Assembly (NCBI GenBank): GCA_964500725.1
Contig: CAZCNP010000004.1
Location: 12,139 to 76,138 of the forward strand
DNA from: an uncultured Gammaproteobacteria bacterium
GTDB taxonomy: Bacteria > Patescibacteriota > Microgenomatia > Daviesbacterales > UBA10151
Length of the DNA: 64,000 nucleotides
Direction of reading: 5' to 3'
In this document: positions 19,036 through 28,811 of the stretch, piece after piece
How the letters are laid out: each line of letters begins with the position of its first letter
Position numbering within the stretch: position 1 is the stretch's first letter
Made by a program: the position numbers and the translations under genes
Notes under the pieces: generated by a model
Told to the model about the DNA's origin: nothing
What the model saw: only the letters and a program-made list of their open reading frames with translations
Databases searched by the model: none

Positions 19036-20099
19036 AAGTTTTCCAAAAATTCATCAAATAAATATCCTGCATCAACTGGACCTGGGGAGGCTTCCGGGTG
19101 AAACTGAACTGCCATAAATGGCTTATTTTTATGTCTAATCCCCTCGTTTGTGCCATCATTTAGGTTAACAAACCACTCAATCCAATCTGCGCTTAAAGAA
19201 GTTGTATCAACTGCAAAACCATGATTTTGACTGGTTATGATAGCTTTTTTGCTAATTTGATCCTTTACTGGCTGATTATGACCCCTGTGACCAAATTTTA
19301 ATTTAAAAGTTTTCCCCCCAGCTGCCAAAGCAATAATTTGACTGCCTAAACAAATGCCAAAAGTGGGGATATTTTTATCTAGAAGTTTTTTAACATTTTC
19401 AATAGTTTTTTTAGCTTGCATTGGATCACCTGGACCATTTGAAACCATTACTCCATCAAACTTTAACCCCTCAGCTATAGGATCACAATCCCAAGGCACA
19501 ATTATAACCTGCACTCCCCTTTTAGTCAGGCTTCTGACAATATTTCCTTTAGTTCCACAATCTATTAAGATAATATTTTTCTTGCCGCTGCCAACAACTT
19601 CAATCTTCTCAACACTTACATTAGGCAAAACATTTTCCTTATTAGGATCATATTGAAGACGAGAATTGAATTGTCCATTTTCAATTTTCAATTTTCCATT
19701 TATTTCCATTCTTCCTAACATCACCCCATGGTCTCTTAGTTTAATAGTTAAAGCCCTGGTATCAATACCTTGCAAAGCAGGGATTTTTTCTTCTCTAAGC
19801 CAATCGCCTAAAGTTTTTTGGCTTTCAAAATGTGATAGGTTTTCAATATAATTTTGGACAATCAAACCCTTAACACGAATTTTGTTTGATTCCCAAAAAT
19901 CTTTTACTGGCACTCCATAATTTCCTTGTAAAGGATAAGTTAGAACTAAAATCTGCCCAAAATACGAAGGATCTGTCAATGATTCGGGGTAACCTACCAT
20001 TCCGGTGTTAAAAACTACCTCGCCTGAGGTGGAACCCTCAAACCCAAAACTTTGTCCTAAAAAAACTGTCCCATCGGACAGAATTAATCTACCCTGCAT
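19032..20099 (-). CDS. carA: carbamoyl-phosphate synthase small subunit (glutamine amidotransferase)
   Basis: The class I GATase triad context GICLGSQ is present, with a CarA-like N-terminal domain. The gene is translationally coupled to carB. Confidence 0.95.
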   Translation of the reverse strand: MQGRLILSDGTVFLGQSFGFEGSTSGEVVFNTGMVGYPESLTDPSYFGQILVLTYPLQGNYGVPVKDFWESNKIRVKGLIVQNYIENLSHFESQKTLGDWLREEKIPALQGIDTRALTIKLRDHGVMLGRMEINGKLKIENGQFNSRLQYDPNKENVLPNVSVEKIEVVGSGKKNIILIDCGTKGNIVRSLTKRGVQVIIVPWDCDPIAEGLKFDGVMVSNGPGDPMQAKKTIENVKKLLDKNIPTFGICLGSQIIALAAGGKTFKLKFGHRGHNQPVKDQISKKAIITSQNHGFAVDTTSLSADWIEWFVNLNDGTNEGIRHKNKPFMAVQFHPEASPGPVDAGYLFDEFLENL

Positions 20100-20115
20100 A
20101 TTTTTCTCCTGACTG

Positions 20116-21051
20116 CTATTTCAATCTTCCCAAAACTAAAGACAATAATGCTTCTCTTATATATAAACCATTCCTGGCTTGCTTAAAATAAATTGCGTTT
20201 GGATGCTCATCAAGGGATGAGTCAATTTCATTAATCCTGGGTAAAGGATGCATAAGTTTTAATCCTTTATCTAAGTATTTCTTAAAAGAAGCATCTAAAA
20301 TGAATTCATCTTTAACTTTTTTATATTCCTTTAAATCTTTAAACCTTTCTATTTGCACCCTGGTTTGATAAAGAAAATCAGCGTCCAAATCTTTTGGCAA
20401 ACGGTCATATTCTTCATACACCACTCCTCTTTCATCTAACACTTTGGTAAACTCCTCTGGCATTTTTAAGCTTTGGTGGGAGATAAAAATTTGTTTGACT
20501 TTAAAATGGGATAAAGCCACAGAAAGGGCATGAACAGTTCTGCCATATTTCAAATCACCCATAAAAGCTACTATAATTCCATCTAACTTGCCACCCTCTT
20601 TCATCATGGTGTAAAGATCAAGCATTGTTTGGGTAGGGTGTTGATTTGGGCCATCCCCAGCATTAATAACTGGAATTTGGGCTACTTCTGCTGCCTTCTT
20701 TGCTGAAAATGACTCCGGGTGTCTAATGATTAAAACATCAGCATAAGCATCCATAATCCTGATAGTATCGGAGAAGGTCTCACCTTTATGAATACTGGTT
20801 GACTCCGGATCATTAAAGCCTATTATGCCCATGCCTATTTTCTGAGCAGCAGATCTGAAAGATTGTTCTGTTCTGGTGGAAGGCTCAAAAAATAACACTG
20901 CTGCGATTTTACCCTGGGCAATGGTGTAGTTAGATCTATCACTTTTAACATATTGGGGATCAAATTTTTTGGCAGTTTTTAAAACATGAAGCAATTCTTC
21001 TTTGGAAAAATCACTTATATCTATAATGTCTCTGCCTTTAAAGCTTTTCAT
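20116..21051 (-). CDS. pyrB: aspartate carbamoyltransferase catalytic subunit
   Basis: The carbamoyl-phosphate binding motif STRTE/Q and the HPLP motif are both present. The protein is 311 aa. Confidence 0.9.
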   Translation of the reverse strand: MKSFKGRDIIDISDFSKEELLHVLKTAKKFDPQYVKSDRSNYTIAQGKIAAVLFFEPSTRTEQSFRSAAQKIGMGIIGFNDPESTSIHKGETFSDTIRIMDAYADVLIIRHPESFSAKKAAEVAQIPVINAGDGPNQHPTQTMLDLYTMMKEGGKLDGIIVAFMGDLKYGRTVHALSVALSHFKVKQIFISHQSLKMPEEFTKVLDERGVVYEEYDRLPKDLDADFLYQTRVQIERFKDLKEYKKVKDEFILDASFKKYLDKGLKLMHPLPRINEIDSSLDEHPNAIYFKQARNGLYIREALLSLVLGRLK

Positions 21052-21060
21052 AAAACCTTT

Positions 21061-21090
21061 AAAAAACCGCCCATTAGGCGGTCACTTTTT
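21061..21090. terminator. bidirectional rho-independent terminator or attenuator hairpin immediately upstream of pyrB
   Basis: A 6-bp GC-rich stem accgcc/ggcggt with a 5-nt loop is flanked by A6 on one side and T5 on the other. It lies about 15 nt upstream of the pyrB start codon. Confidence 0.5.
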
Positions 21091-21203
21091 ATCTATTAAA
21101 TTGTATATTTACAATGCATTTCACCATAACAATTTTCTAAATCTCCTGCTAGTTTAGTGCTAAAACCTCAATCTGTCAATATCTGCCTGATATTTAAGAA
21201 GAG

Positions 21204-21935
21204 CTATAACTCTTGATCAGGATCAGCTTTAAATTCCATCATACCCTGAACTTCTCCTCTGAGTACCTCAATATTACTCCTATAGAGCTCTTTCTTAGTC
21301 AATACAAATTCTGTTTTATCATCCCATAAATCAGGACCCTCTGTAATAAATCTATATCTTTCTTCTGGTAATTCTCTTCCTAATAATACCCAACCAAAAT
21401 CAAAGATAAATAGTTTATTGGCTCCATCAGGCTTTAGAATAAAACCCACTGAGTCTACTGATAATTTTATACCCTTGTCTGTTGCCTGCTTGCTTAAAAA
21501 TCCAATATCTTGAGGATCTGCAGGATCAAAATAGTGATTAAAGTCAGTTTCAGCCAATATCTTTCTCCAATTATCATTTAACACTGCATATCCTGATTCC
21601 ATAAAAAGATTCTTTTTACCCTCAGTTAGGTCAGTCATTAATATCCCCAGCATACCACTTGCATCTCTGCTCATCCTAAAAGTTGCAGGAACAGGTAATC
21701 CTGCCTCTTTTGCTGCCTGATGTCTCTCAACTAGAATTCCTGCTGTCTGGGGCAGATCTAAAACCTTATGGATTAAGTGAACCTTCCGTCTTCGTTCTCC
21801 TCTGGCTAGGGATACGTCTACATCAAAAATTTTACCCTCTGTACTACCTGGTCGTTCTCCAAGTTGCACAAGCTCCACTTTTGTTGGTCTGTAATCACCT
21901 CCTTTAATAACTTCAGTCTCTTTACGTTGATCCAT
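21204..21935 (-). CDS. hypothetical protein (possible kinase-like fold, DFG-like segment)
   Basis: A 243-aa protein with higher-than-local GC. The segment KLFIFDFGWVL is DFG-like. It lies in the accessory insert between pyrB and pyrC. Confidence 0.45.
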   Translation of the reverse strand: MDQRKETEVIKGGDYRPTKVELVQLGERPGSTEGKIFDVDVSLARGERRRKVHLIHKVLDLPQTAGILVERHQAAKEAGLPVPATFRMSRDASGMLGILMTDLTEGKKNLFMESGYAVLNDNWRKILAETDFNHYFDPADPQDIGFLSKQATDKGIKLSVDSVGFILKPDGANKLFIFDFGWVLLGRELPEERYRFITEGPDLWDDKTEFVLTKKELYRSNIEVLRGEVQGMMEFKADPDQEL

Positions 21936-21980
21936 AGTTATTCAGCACCATAAACTTCCCCAGGCAAGACTGTAATAAAC

Positions 21981-22244
21981 TTACGGTGATAATATACCCT
22001 TTTTAATATACTGTTTAATTAAAGACTGGTAGGGTATATTGATTTCATTAGCCTTCTCTTTAATCCTATTTAAAAGATATTCTGGGATCCTAATTGAAAT
22101 AGACCTAGTAGTTGGTTTTAAATTAGGAAAACTAACCCTTTCAAAATCAGAAGGTTCAAAATATTCAGAGAGATCTAATTTCCACCAGAACTCCCGTTCT
22201 TCATCCTCATTCTTAAATTTTGGTATCTTAAGCTGTTTCTTCAT
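21981..22244 (-). CDS. brnA: BrnA-type antitoxin
   Basis: The segment EDEEREFWWKLDLSEYFE and a C-terminal RHH-like region match the BrnA family. The gene is adjacent to a BrnT-like ORF. Confidence 0.65.
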   Translation of the reverse strand: MKKQLKIPKFKNEDEEREFWWKLDLSEYFEPSDFERVSFPNLKPTTRSISIRIPEYLLNRIKEKANEINIPYQSLIKQYIKKGILSP

Positions 22245-22422
22245 AATTCAACACCTCCTTTTTGTTAATATCTCTTACTGAAATTATCCTAATTTTCTTT
22301 CTTCTATAGGTAAACACTATGTAAAGTAATCTACCCTTCTTAGTCTTACCTAATATAATAAATCTTTCTTCATCTTTAGAATGAAATACGTCTTTATAGA
22401 TAACTTTTAAACAGACGCACAC
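22228..22422 (-). CDS. brnT: BrnT-like (DUF497) toxin, apparently N-terminally truncated (GTG start)
   Basis: The segment DEERFIILGKTKKGRLLYIVFTYRRKKIRIISVRDINKKE matches the conserved C-terminal two-thirds of BrnT. An in-frame stop lies immediately upstream of the start. Confidence 0.55.
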   Translation of the reverse strand: MCVCLKVIYKDVFHSKDEERFIILGKTKKGRLLYIVFTYRRKKIRIISVRDINKKEVLNYEETA

Positions 22423-22666
22423 ATCCCCTTGTTACTACAGACAAACCAGAATGGTTTTTTCTTGGATAAGGTCTAAAATACTCACCAAATATCCTGTTTA
22501 AATCCGTATTTTTTATATAATCTAAACTATACACTCTACTATTTCTGTCTTCGAGAAAATCCCAAAGAGATATTGGATCTGTTGGTAATTCCAAATACCC
22601 ATCACGCTGTGGAATATCAGGAAATAAAAATTCTCTCTGGGGTGTAATATCGGGTGACGTATTCAT
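22394..22666 (-). CDS. hypothetical protein
   Basis: A 90-aa ORF overlapping the start of the BrnT-like gene in another frame. It has no clear motif. Confidence 0.25.
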   Translation of the reverse strand: MNTSPDITPQREFLFPDIPQRDGYLELPTDPISLWDFLEDRNSRVYSLDYIKNTDLNRIFGEYFRPYPRKNHSGLSVVTRGCVRLFKSYL

Positions 22667-22670
22667 ATCC

Positions 22671-23015
22671 CTAAGTATATTCCTGAATTATTTTTTCAAT
22701 CTGTTGCTTGAGTACTGGTAAATCTTCTTTAATTGTCTTCCAAAGTATATCTAAATCAACTCCAAAATATTCATGTATTATCTTATTCCTCATACTAACC
22801 ATCTTGCCCCAGGGGATATCAGAGTATTTTTCTGCAGCTTCTTCAGGTATATTTCTGGCAGCCTCGCCCAGAATTTCTAGATTTCTTACAACAGCATCTA
22901 TTGTTTTCCAATCATTCTCCAAATCATTTAAAGAGAAATCTTTTGTGTAATCTTCAATTCTTAAAATAGAAGTTAGAATATCCTGTAGATAAAGAGTCAG
23001 CTCTCTTTTAGACAT
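22671..23015 (-). CDS. hepT: HepT (DUF86) RNase toxin
   Basis: The R(x4)HxY motif appears as RNKIIHEY. The protein is 114 aa and lies downstream of an MntA-type nucleotidyltransferase gene. Confidence 0.8.
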   Translation of the reverse strand: MSKRELTLYLQDILTSILRIEDYTKDFSLNDLENDWKTIDAVVRNLEILGEAARNIPEEAAEKYSDIPWGKMVSMRNKIIHEYFGVDLDILWKTIKEDLPVLKQQIEKIIQEYT

Positions 23016-23298
23016 AAATTACTTCTTGTAGGATTTCATTCTTAATGGCTGGTTTTAATGCCTTTTTGGTAACTAAATCAACTTTTTTACCAATTAATTT
23101 ACCTAAAAATTCTTCCAGTTCAATAAATTTAAAAAATCCTAAGGGTTTTGAGAATTCAACTAAAATATCAACATCACTTCCTTTTTTCTCTTCTCCTCTG
23201 CTGACAGAACCAAAGACGCCAATACTTTCTACACCATATTTGTTCCTTAAGGTGCTCATATTTTTATCAATTATGCTTGTAATTTGTTTTATCTGCAT
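23008..23298 (-). CDS. mntA: MntA-type nucleotidyltransferase antitoxin
   Basis: The minimal nucleotidyltransferase motif GSVSRGEEKKGSDVDILV is present. The likely start is the internal MQIKQ, because the longer ORF would overlap the pyrC start. Confidence 0.8.
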   Translation of the reverse strand: MQIKQITSIIDKNMSTLRNKYGVESIGVFGSVSRGEEKKGSDVDILVEFSKPLGFFKFIELEEFLGKLIGKKVDLVTKKALKPAIKNEILQEVIYV

Positions 23299-23305
23299 AG
23301 AAATA

Positions 23306-24373
23306 TTATACCACCACTTTCCCATATGGACCAAAGATATTTTGGCCATCGAAGGCAAGTTGACCTCTTAATACCACCTTTTTTATCCTTCCAGCCACTT
23401 CCATTCCAGCAAACGGCGTCCAGCCACATTTTGTTTGCAAATTCTTATCAGTAATTGTATATTTTTCTTCTAAATCTACTTCCACAAAAGTCTCAGGCTG
23501 CTCCTCTATCTTAAAAATCTTTTTCTGGTTTGTTGAAGTCAATTCTATCAGTCTTTCAATAGTTAGTTTTCCTTCATTTACTGCAGTTAACATTAAAGGC
23601 AAAGTTGTTTCCAAACCTGGTACTCCATAGATGGGTTTATCTGAATTTAATTTTTCCTCTTTAGTATGAGGAGCATGATCTGAGGCAATAATATCCACTA
23701 CTCCATCTGTAATTGCCTCCCACAAAGCATCTTGGTCTTGCCTGCTTGCCAGAGGCGGCCTCATCATGCCAAATGGACCCAGTTTTTTAACATCTTCCTC
23801 AGTTAAAAATAGATGATGAGCTGCTACTTCACAACTTACTTGTAATCCATCTTTTCTAGCTTGTTTAATAAGTTCAATTTCTTGCGCCAAAGACACATGG
23901 CAAACATGCAGTGTATTACCAAATTTTCTGGCTAAATTTATGGCTTTTTGCAAAGTATCCCCTTCTGCATGAACCATAAGTGGTTTATCCTTAGGCCAAT
24001 TTTTAAATACTTCATCCAAAACACTATCATTTTCCATCAGTAAATCTCCAGTAGTTGGATTCATATAAACTTTAAGTCCAAAAACTTTGTCTTTTACCTG
24101 ATTAAAAAACCCAATACTTTTGAGACTTGCTCCAAAATGGAATCCTACATCAGCATAAATTCTGCCTTTGGCTAAATCTTTCTTTTGCTGTAAAGTCTCT
24201 GGAGAAATGGTGGCAATAGGATTGTTGGGCATGTCCAAAACGCTAGTTATCCCCCCTGCAATAGCTGCTTTTGTTCCTGTCTCAAAGTCCTCTTTTTGAG
24301 TTGCTCCAGGCTCTCTTAAGTGAACATGAACATCAACAAGTCCTGGTAATTTAATAAGTTGCATTAACCACAT
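23306..24373 (-). CDS. pyrC: dihydroorotase
   Basis: The metal-binding motif VDVHVHLREPG is present, followed by the typical DMPN and AHHLFL regions. Confidence 0.9.
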   Translation of the reverse strand: MWLMQLIKLPGLVDVHVHLREPGATQKEDFETGTKAAIAGGITSVLDMPNNPIATISPETLQQKKDLAKGRIYADVGFHFGASLKSIGFFNQVKDKVFGLKVYMNPTTGDLLMENDSVLDEVFKNWPKDKPLMVHAEGDTLQKAINLARKFGNTLHVCHVSLAQEIELIKQARKDGLQVSCEVAAHHLFLTEEDVKKLGPFGMMRPPLASRQDQDALWEAITDGVVDIIASDHAPHTKEEKLNSDKPIYGVPGLETTLPLMLTAVNEGKLTIERLIELTSTNQKKIFKIEEQPETFVEVDLEEKYTITDKNLQTKCGWTPFAGMEVAGRIKKVVLRGQLAFDGQNIFGPYGKVVV

Positions 24374-24410
24374 TCTAACAAATGAGATAAGTTTTTGTTA
24401 GAATAAAAAC

Positions 24411-24680
24411 ATGACTAAAAAGAAAAACAGTAAAGGTCTTTTGCTTTATAGAGAATTTATTACTCAACTGGTAACTTTATCTACCTCAGCCTTTGGTTTA
24501 GCAGCAGCTTTGGCCTGGAATGAAACAATCCAGCAAGTAGTCAAAGATTTTGTCGAGCCTTCCTTACCAGGTTCAGGAATCTTATCAAGACTTATTTATG
24601 CTCTACTAGTTACCCTGCTGGCTGTGCTGGTTACTTTCCAACTCTCCCGCCTTGCCCAAAGATGGGGTATTAAAAAATAG
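24411..24680 (+). CDS. hypothetical small membrane protein
   Basis: An 89-aa protein with two predicted transmembrane helices. Confidence 0.35.
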   Translation: MTKKKNSKGLLLYREFITQLVTLSTSAFGLAAALAWNETIQQVVKDFVEPSLPGSGILSRLIYALLVTLLAVLVTFQLSRLAQRWGIKK

Positions 24681-24902
24681 TTATCTTAAAGCTCTCATAA
24701 AATCTTCCAGACTAATGTTGGCTTTTTTAATTTGAGCTTTTAAAAGAAATTGGGCTACTTCTTTATGAAGTGGAATGGACAAAGAAGGAGCATTTTGTTT
24801 TTGCAAAATAGCATGATCTCCAGAAGTATGAACATGAATATAGCCAAACTTTAAGAATGCTTTGACAGCATTTTTCCCAGAAATATTTGCGAGTTTAGGC
24901 AT
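24681..24902 (-). CDS. hicA: HicA-family mRNA interferase toxin
   Basis: A 73-aa protein with the context FGYIHVHTSGDHAIL, which is HicA/YcfA-like. It lies downstream of a HicB-like gene. Confidence 0.65.
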   Translation of the reverse strand: MPKLANISGKNAVKAFLKFGYIHVHTSGDHAILQKQNAPSLSIPLHKEVAQFLLKAQIKKANISLEDFMRALR

Positions 24903-25137
24903 TGAATACAGGAACTAAAGTATCTATAGATCTTTTAGCAAACTCTGAACCCTTTTCTTTTTTCAAATTCATTGCTTCCATATAGGCTCTAATTGCTTTT
25001 TCAACATTTTCTAATGCTTCTTTCTTAGTTTTCCCTTGAGACATACAACCATATAAATTCACCACATCAGCTACATAGCCTTTATATGTTTTATCATAAG
25101 TTAATTTAATTAAGAAGTCTAGTTTATCCTTTTGCAT
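24895..25137 (-). CDS. hicB: HicB-family antitoxin
   Basis: An 80-aa protein overlapping hicA by 8 nt. Its profile matches the HicB/UPF0150 fold. Confidence 0.6.
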   Translation of the reverse strand: MQKDKLDFLIKLTYDKTYKGYVADVVNLYGCMSQGKTKKEALENVEKAIRAYMEAMNLKKEKGSEFAKRSIDTLVPVFNA

Positions 25138-25144
25138 AACCTAA

Positions 25145-26194
25145 TTATACCACGATCTTTCCGTCCTCTACCTTTAAAATTCTGGAAGAATCTAAAAATT
25201 CTTGAGGAATATGTTCCAGTTCTACTGTAGCAATAATTGTCTGTTGCTTGCTAACTACATCTACTACATGTGCTCTATGAGAAGCATCCAGCTCAGAAAA
25301 AACATCATCCAAAAGCAGTATGGGTCGGGTGCCTAAAATTTTGGCCATATATTCAAGCTGGGCTAGCTTAAATGCTAATGTGGCTGTTCTTTGTTCACCA
25401 CGGGAGCCAAAATGGGCTAAATTACGCTCATCTTGTAGAATTTCAAAATCATCTCTATGCGGTCCAATTAAAGTAGCAGCTGCAACTATTTCCCTCCCGT
25501 TTGTTTCTATTAAATTTTCAACAGTAACCTCGGAAGGAATAAACTTAAAACTAAATCTGCCTAAGGGTTTTTCTAAAGCAGCAATAAACCCAAAAAATTC
25601 TTTTCTTTTGGCAGCAATTATTCTTCCTTGTTCTACTAATCCATCTGTCCAATAGGTTAGCTCATCCTTCCTGCTTATCCCCTCTCGGATTCTTTTTAAT
25701 ACCCTATTTCTAGCTGTTAAAAATTGTTCATAAATTGTTAAAGCCTTTTTATACGCTGAATCAATCTGGGCTAAACTTAAATCTAAATGCCACCTTCTAA
25801 GAGAGGGTGATCCAGTTACCATGTTAATATCCGAAGGATAAAAAATAACTGCCGGCAAATTACCAATAAAATCAACCACTCTTCTTGCTATTCCATTGAC
25901 CAACACCTTTTTCTTAAAACTAACTTCTTTAGTTGGCCTATTAATAATCACCATCAGCTGTGTATTGTTTTCCAAAACCCCCTCTACCCTGGCAAACTCC
26001 TCATTTCTTTTTATTAGCTCCTCTTCTATATCAGCGCGTAAAGATTTAGTGGTAGAAAGAAGATAAACAGCCTCCAATAAATTAGACTTACCAACAGCAT
26101 TATCACCTATTAAAATAGTTGGTCGGCTATCAAAGGTAAATTCTAAATTAGAATAGTTGCGGAAATTCGTTAAATTTAGCTTTTTGAGAAACAT
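25145..26194 (-). CDS. recF: DNA replication and repair protein RecF
   Basis: The Walker A region reads GDNAVGKSNLLEAVYLL. The protein has an SMC-like architecture and is 349 aa. Confidence 0.85.
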   Translation of the reverse strand: MFLKKLNLTNFRNYSNLEFTFDSRPTILIGDNAVGKSNLLEAVYLLSTTKSLRADIEEELIKRNEEFARVEGVLENNTQLMVIINRPTKEVSFKKKVLVNGIARRVVDFIGNLPAVIFYPSDINMVTGSPSLRRWHLDLSLAQIDSAYKKALTIYEQFLTARNRVLKRIREGISRKDELTYWTDGLVEQGRIIAAKRKEFFGFIAALEKPLGRFSFKFIPSEVTVENLIETNGREIVAAATLIGPHRDDFEILQDERNLAHFGSRGEQRTATLAFKLAQLEYMAKILGTRPILLLDDVFSELDASHRAHVVDVVSKQQTIIATVELEHIPQEFLDSSRILKVEDGKIVV

Positions 26195-26208
26195 ACCACC
26201 GAAGTATA

Positions 26209-27576
26209 CTACTTCCCTTCCCAGTGCCCCAAGCCTAGAAACTCTCTAACTCTGTAGGATAGATTTTCTTTTTTGAAAAATAAACTAGGCTTTAAACCAA
26301 ATAGGCCCAAACAGATAATAATTACCCCTAAACTTATAAATATCGGGGCAGTACCAAAAATATCAGCCAAGATGCCTGCCAGTAAAACAGGAACCAAAGC
26401 CAGTCCTGACATTGCCACACCTAAAACCGAAAATACTTTGCCTCTGTCTTCTTCAGGTGTATTTTCCTGCAGAACTGTTTGCGAGGGAACTAAAATAGAA
26501 ACCATGGCAATCCCCAACAAAAATGAGCCTACCACCAGTATTTTTGAAAGAGGAGGCTGATAGAAAAAAGGCAAAGGTTTGGGATGAGAAAAATAACGAA
26601 TAGCAGGAGAAATAAGAGGCGCAACTCCCATTAGGAAAAAAAGCAACCCTCCCAAGAGAATTCCTCTGGCAACCAATCTTCTCCTTATAAAACTAGCGCC
26701 AAATTTACCTAAGAGTATTCCTCCTATCACGATACCTATCCCAAGAGGCACCACTAACACATATGAGGCATCTGTGGCTTTAATTTGCAAAGCTTTTTCC
26801 AAAAATCCAGGCATCAGTACTGCCAAAATCCCCACTACCATTTGCACTCCCCCTAAGATCATTATTGATGTCAGCACTGGCAACTTTCCCCTAATTAACC
26901 TAATTGTTTCAGTAATTTCAAAAAGGCCAATCCTTTTAATCTCAGAGTATCTTTTTCTGCTCAAAGCTGCGATCAGCTGTTTCCCTTGCTGATCCGGGGT
27001 AGATTTGATAGAAGGAAAAGTCAAGGAAAGTAAAAAAGCCACAAAAAGGATAACTCCTCCTAGTACAAAAATCGTATTAATCCCTAGATTGCTGATTAAT
27101 GGTCCAGCCAAACCAAACCCCAGTAAAAAACAAGTATAAAGAGTGGCTGAAAAGATTGAATTAGCAGTTATTAACTGATGCTTTTTAACCACAATAGGTA
27201 TTGCTGAAGCCTCAGCAGGGGTATAAAATTGAGCCAAAGTGTTAATTAAAAAAGTTACCACCAAAATTGCCGGCAGACTTCCTTTTAAATAAATTAAACT
27301 AAACAGCAACAAACATAGGAAAAAATTGACCATTCTGATTATTTTGCGGCGATCTGTAACATCTACTAGTACCCCGCTAAATAGACCAAGGACAACTGCC
27401 GGAAGGTAGATGGCAAAAAGCAAGGCAGAAACAGCTGTATTTGAGTCTGTTAGTTTAAAAACCCAAATAATTAAAGCAAAATTTAAGGCATTATATGAAA
27501 GCTGAACTAAAATCTGGTTAACCCATAAATTTAAAAATCCCCGGTTTGCAAATACCGAGGTAAGTGTGTTTTTCAC
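26209..27576 (-). CDS. MFS transporter
   Basis: A 455-aa protein with about 12 predicted transmembrane helices. The D-R/K-x-G-R-R/K-like loop appears as VDVTDRRKII. Confidence 0.75.
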   Translation of the reverse strand: MKNTLTSVFANRGFLNLWVNQILVQLSYNALNFALIIWVFKLTDSNTAVSALLFAIYLPAVVLGLFSGVLVDVTDRRKIIRMVNFFLCLLLFSLIYLKGSLPAILVVTFLINTLAQFYTPAEASAIPIVVKKHQLITANSIFSATLYTCFLLGFGLAGPLISNLGINTIFVLGGVILFVAFLLSLTFPSIKSTPDQQGKQLIAALSRKRYSEIKRIGLFEITETIRLIRGKLPVLTSIMILGGVQMVVGILAVLMPGFLEKALQIKATDASYVLVVPLGIGIVIGGILLGKFGASFIRRRLVARGILLGGLLFFLMGVAPLISPAIRYFSHPKPLPFFYQPPLSKILVVGSFLLGIAMVSILVPSQTVLQENTPEEDRGKVFSVLGVAMSGLALVPVLLAGILADIFGTAPIFISLGVIIICLGLFGLKPSLFFKKENLSYRVREFLGLGHWEGK

Positions 27577-27588
27577 TATATAATTATA

Positions 27589-28458
27589 CTAGCTCTGACA
27601 ACTCGGACAAAAGTATGCGCCCCTTCCGCCCAACATGGTTTTCTTAATTTCTGTGCCGCATACCTTACATTTATGCTTATCTCTGCCATAAACAAAAGCA
27701 TAATCTAAAAAGTAACCTTTATGGCCTTCTGGATCCACAAAATGAGCTCGAGTTGATCCACCTCTTGCTATTCCTTCTTTTAAAGATTTTATTATTCCCT
27801 CAAAAAGAGCTTTAAACTGCTTATCTTGCAAATCTTTTACTTTGGTCCTGGGATCAATTTTGGCATTAAAGCATGCTTCATTTGCATAAATATTACCTAC
27901 CCCTGCTACCACTGATTGATCCATAATAGCTACTTTAACTGGCTGAGATTTATGTTTTAAGAGATTTGCTTTAAGAGTTTCCCAGGAAAACCCCTTCTCC
28001 AAAGGTTCTGGCCCTAATTTTTCCAACAAATTTTCAATTATCAATTTTCCATTTTCAATTACTTTAATCCAGCCAAACTTTCTCTGGTCATTAAAATATA
28101 GGTGCGACCCATCAGAAAAAGAAAATATTACCCTGGTATGAGTATTTGGCATTGCATCAACCATGTCAGGTGTAGGATGTCCTCCAATAAACCTTTCCCC
28201 TTTACCCTTCCTGCTTTCTCCTTTCCAGATTAGTTGTCCACTCATTTTTAGATGAAATAATAGAACTTTATCATCACTTACTTCTATGCCTAAAATCTTT
28301 GCCCTTCTCCATATATTGAGTATCTTTTGTCTCTCTACTTCATTAGGATTTCCTAGGAAAAATTTTTTGGATAAAATTTGGATTTTCTGGATTTTTGTAC
28401 CAATAATCCTCTTTTGCAAACCTAGCTTAATTATTTCAACCTCAGGAAGCTCTGGCAT
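27589..28458 (-). CDS. mutM: formamidopyrimidine-DNA glycosylase (Fpg/MutM family)
   Basis: The N-terminus reads MPELPEVE. The C-terminal zinc finger is CKVCGTEIKKTMLGGRGAYFCPSCQ. Confidence 0.85.
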   Translation of the reverse strand: MPELPEVEIIKLGLQKRIIGTKIQKIQILSKKFFLGNPNEVERQKILNIWRRAKILGIEVSDDKVLLFHLKMSGQLIWKGESRKGKGERFIGGHPTPDMVDAMPNTHTRVIFSFSDGSHLYFNDQRKFGWIKVIENGKLIIENLLEKLGPEPLEKGFSWETLKANLLKHKSQPVKVAIMDQSVVAGVGNIYANEACFNAKIDPRTKVKDLQDKQFKALFEGIIKSLKEGIARGGSTRAHFVDPEGHKGYFLDYAFVYGRDKHKCKVCGTEIKKTMLGGRGAYFCPSCQS

Positions 28459-28463
28459 CTTTT

Positions 28464-28811
28464 CTACTCCACTGGAACAACTTCTAACCCATTTTTACTG
28501 AATTTTAATACATTACTTCTGATTAATTTCTGTTTAAGATCCTTAAGGAAGAATTCAATTAGAAGATTAACCTTTAACGTGGGTATTTTAGGGAATGAAA
28601 AAATGACTACCTGTAAATTTTTAGGCTGATTTTTCAAAAAATCTTTATCAAAAGAGAGAACTATTCTTTTCTCTTTTAAAGCCATGCCTGCAACAGTTTT
28701 ATCAGATGACCCTTGAAGATTTTGCTGCTGAATAGTTTTAACAGAAAATCCAAGCTTTCTAATCTTAGTTACCAGAGGCTTGGGGAAATCTTCATCAGCG
28801 AGAAATTTCAT
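28464..28811 (-). CDS. DUF5615-like PIN-like putative toxin
   Basis: An N-terminal MKFLADEDF is characteristic of the family. The gene is paired with a DUF433-like gene directly upstream. Confidence 0.5.
   Translation of the reverse strand: MKFLADEDFPKPLVTKIRKLGFSVKTIQQQNLQGSSDKTVAGMALKEKRIVLSFDKDFLKNQPKNLQVVIFSFPKIPTLKVNLLIEFFLKDLKQKLIRSNVLKFSKNGLEVVPVE

Noticed and set aside
22394-22666. Possibility that the 90-aa ORF plus the 64-aa BrnT-like ORF are one frameshifted brnT
   Set aside because: Joining the frames would give a protein much longer than BrnT (~90 aa). The 90-aa frame lacks the conserved BrnT N-terminal KHG/VF block, apart from a weak W-D resemblance. I therefore called BrnT N-terminally truncated instead.
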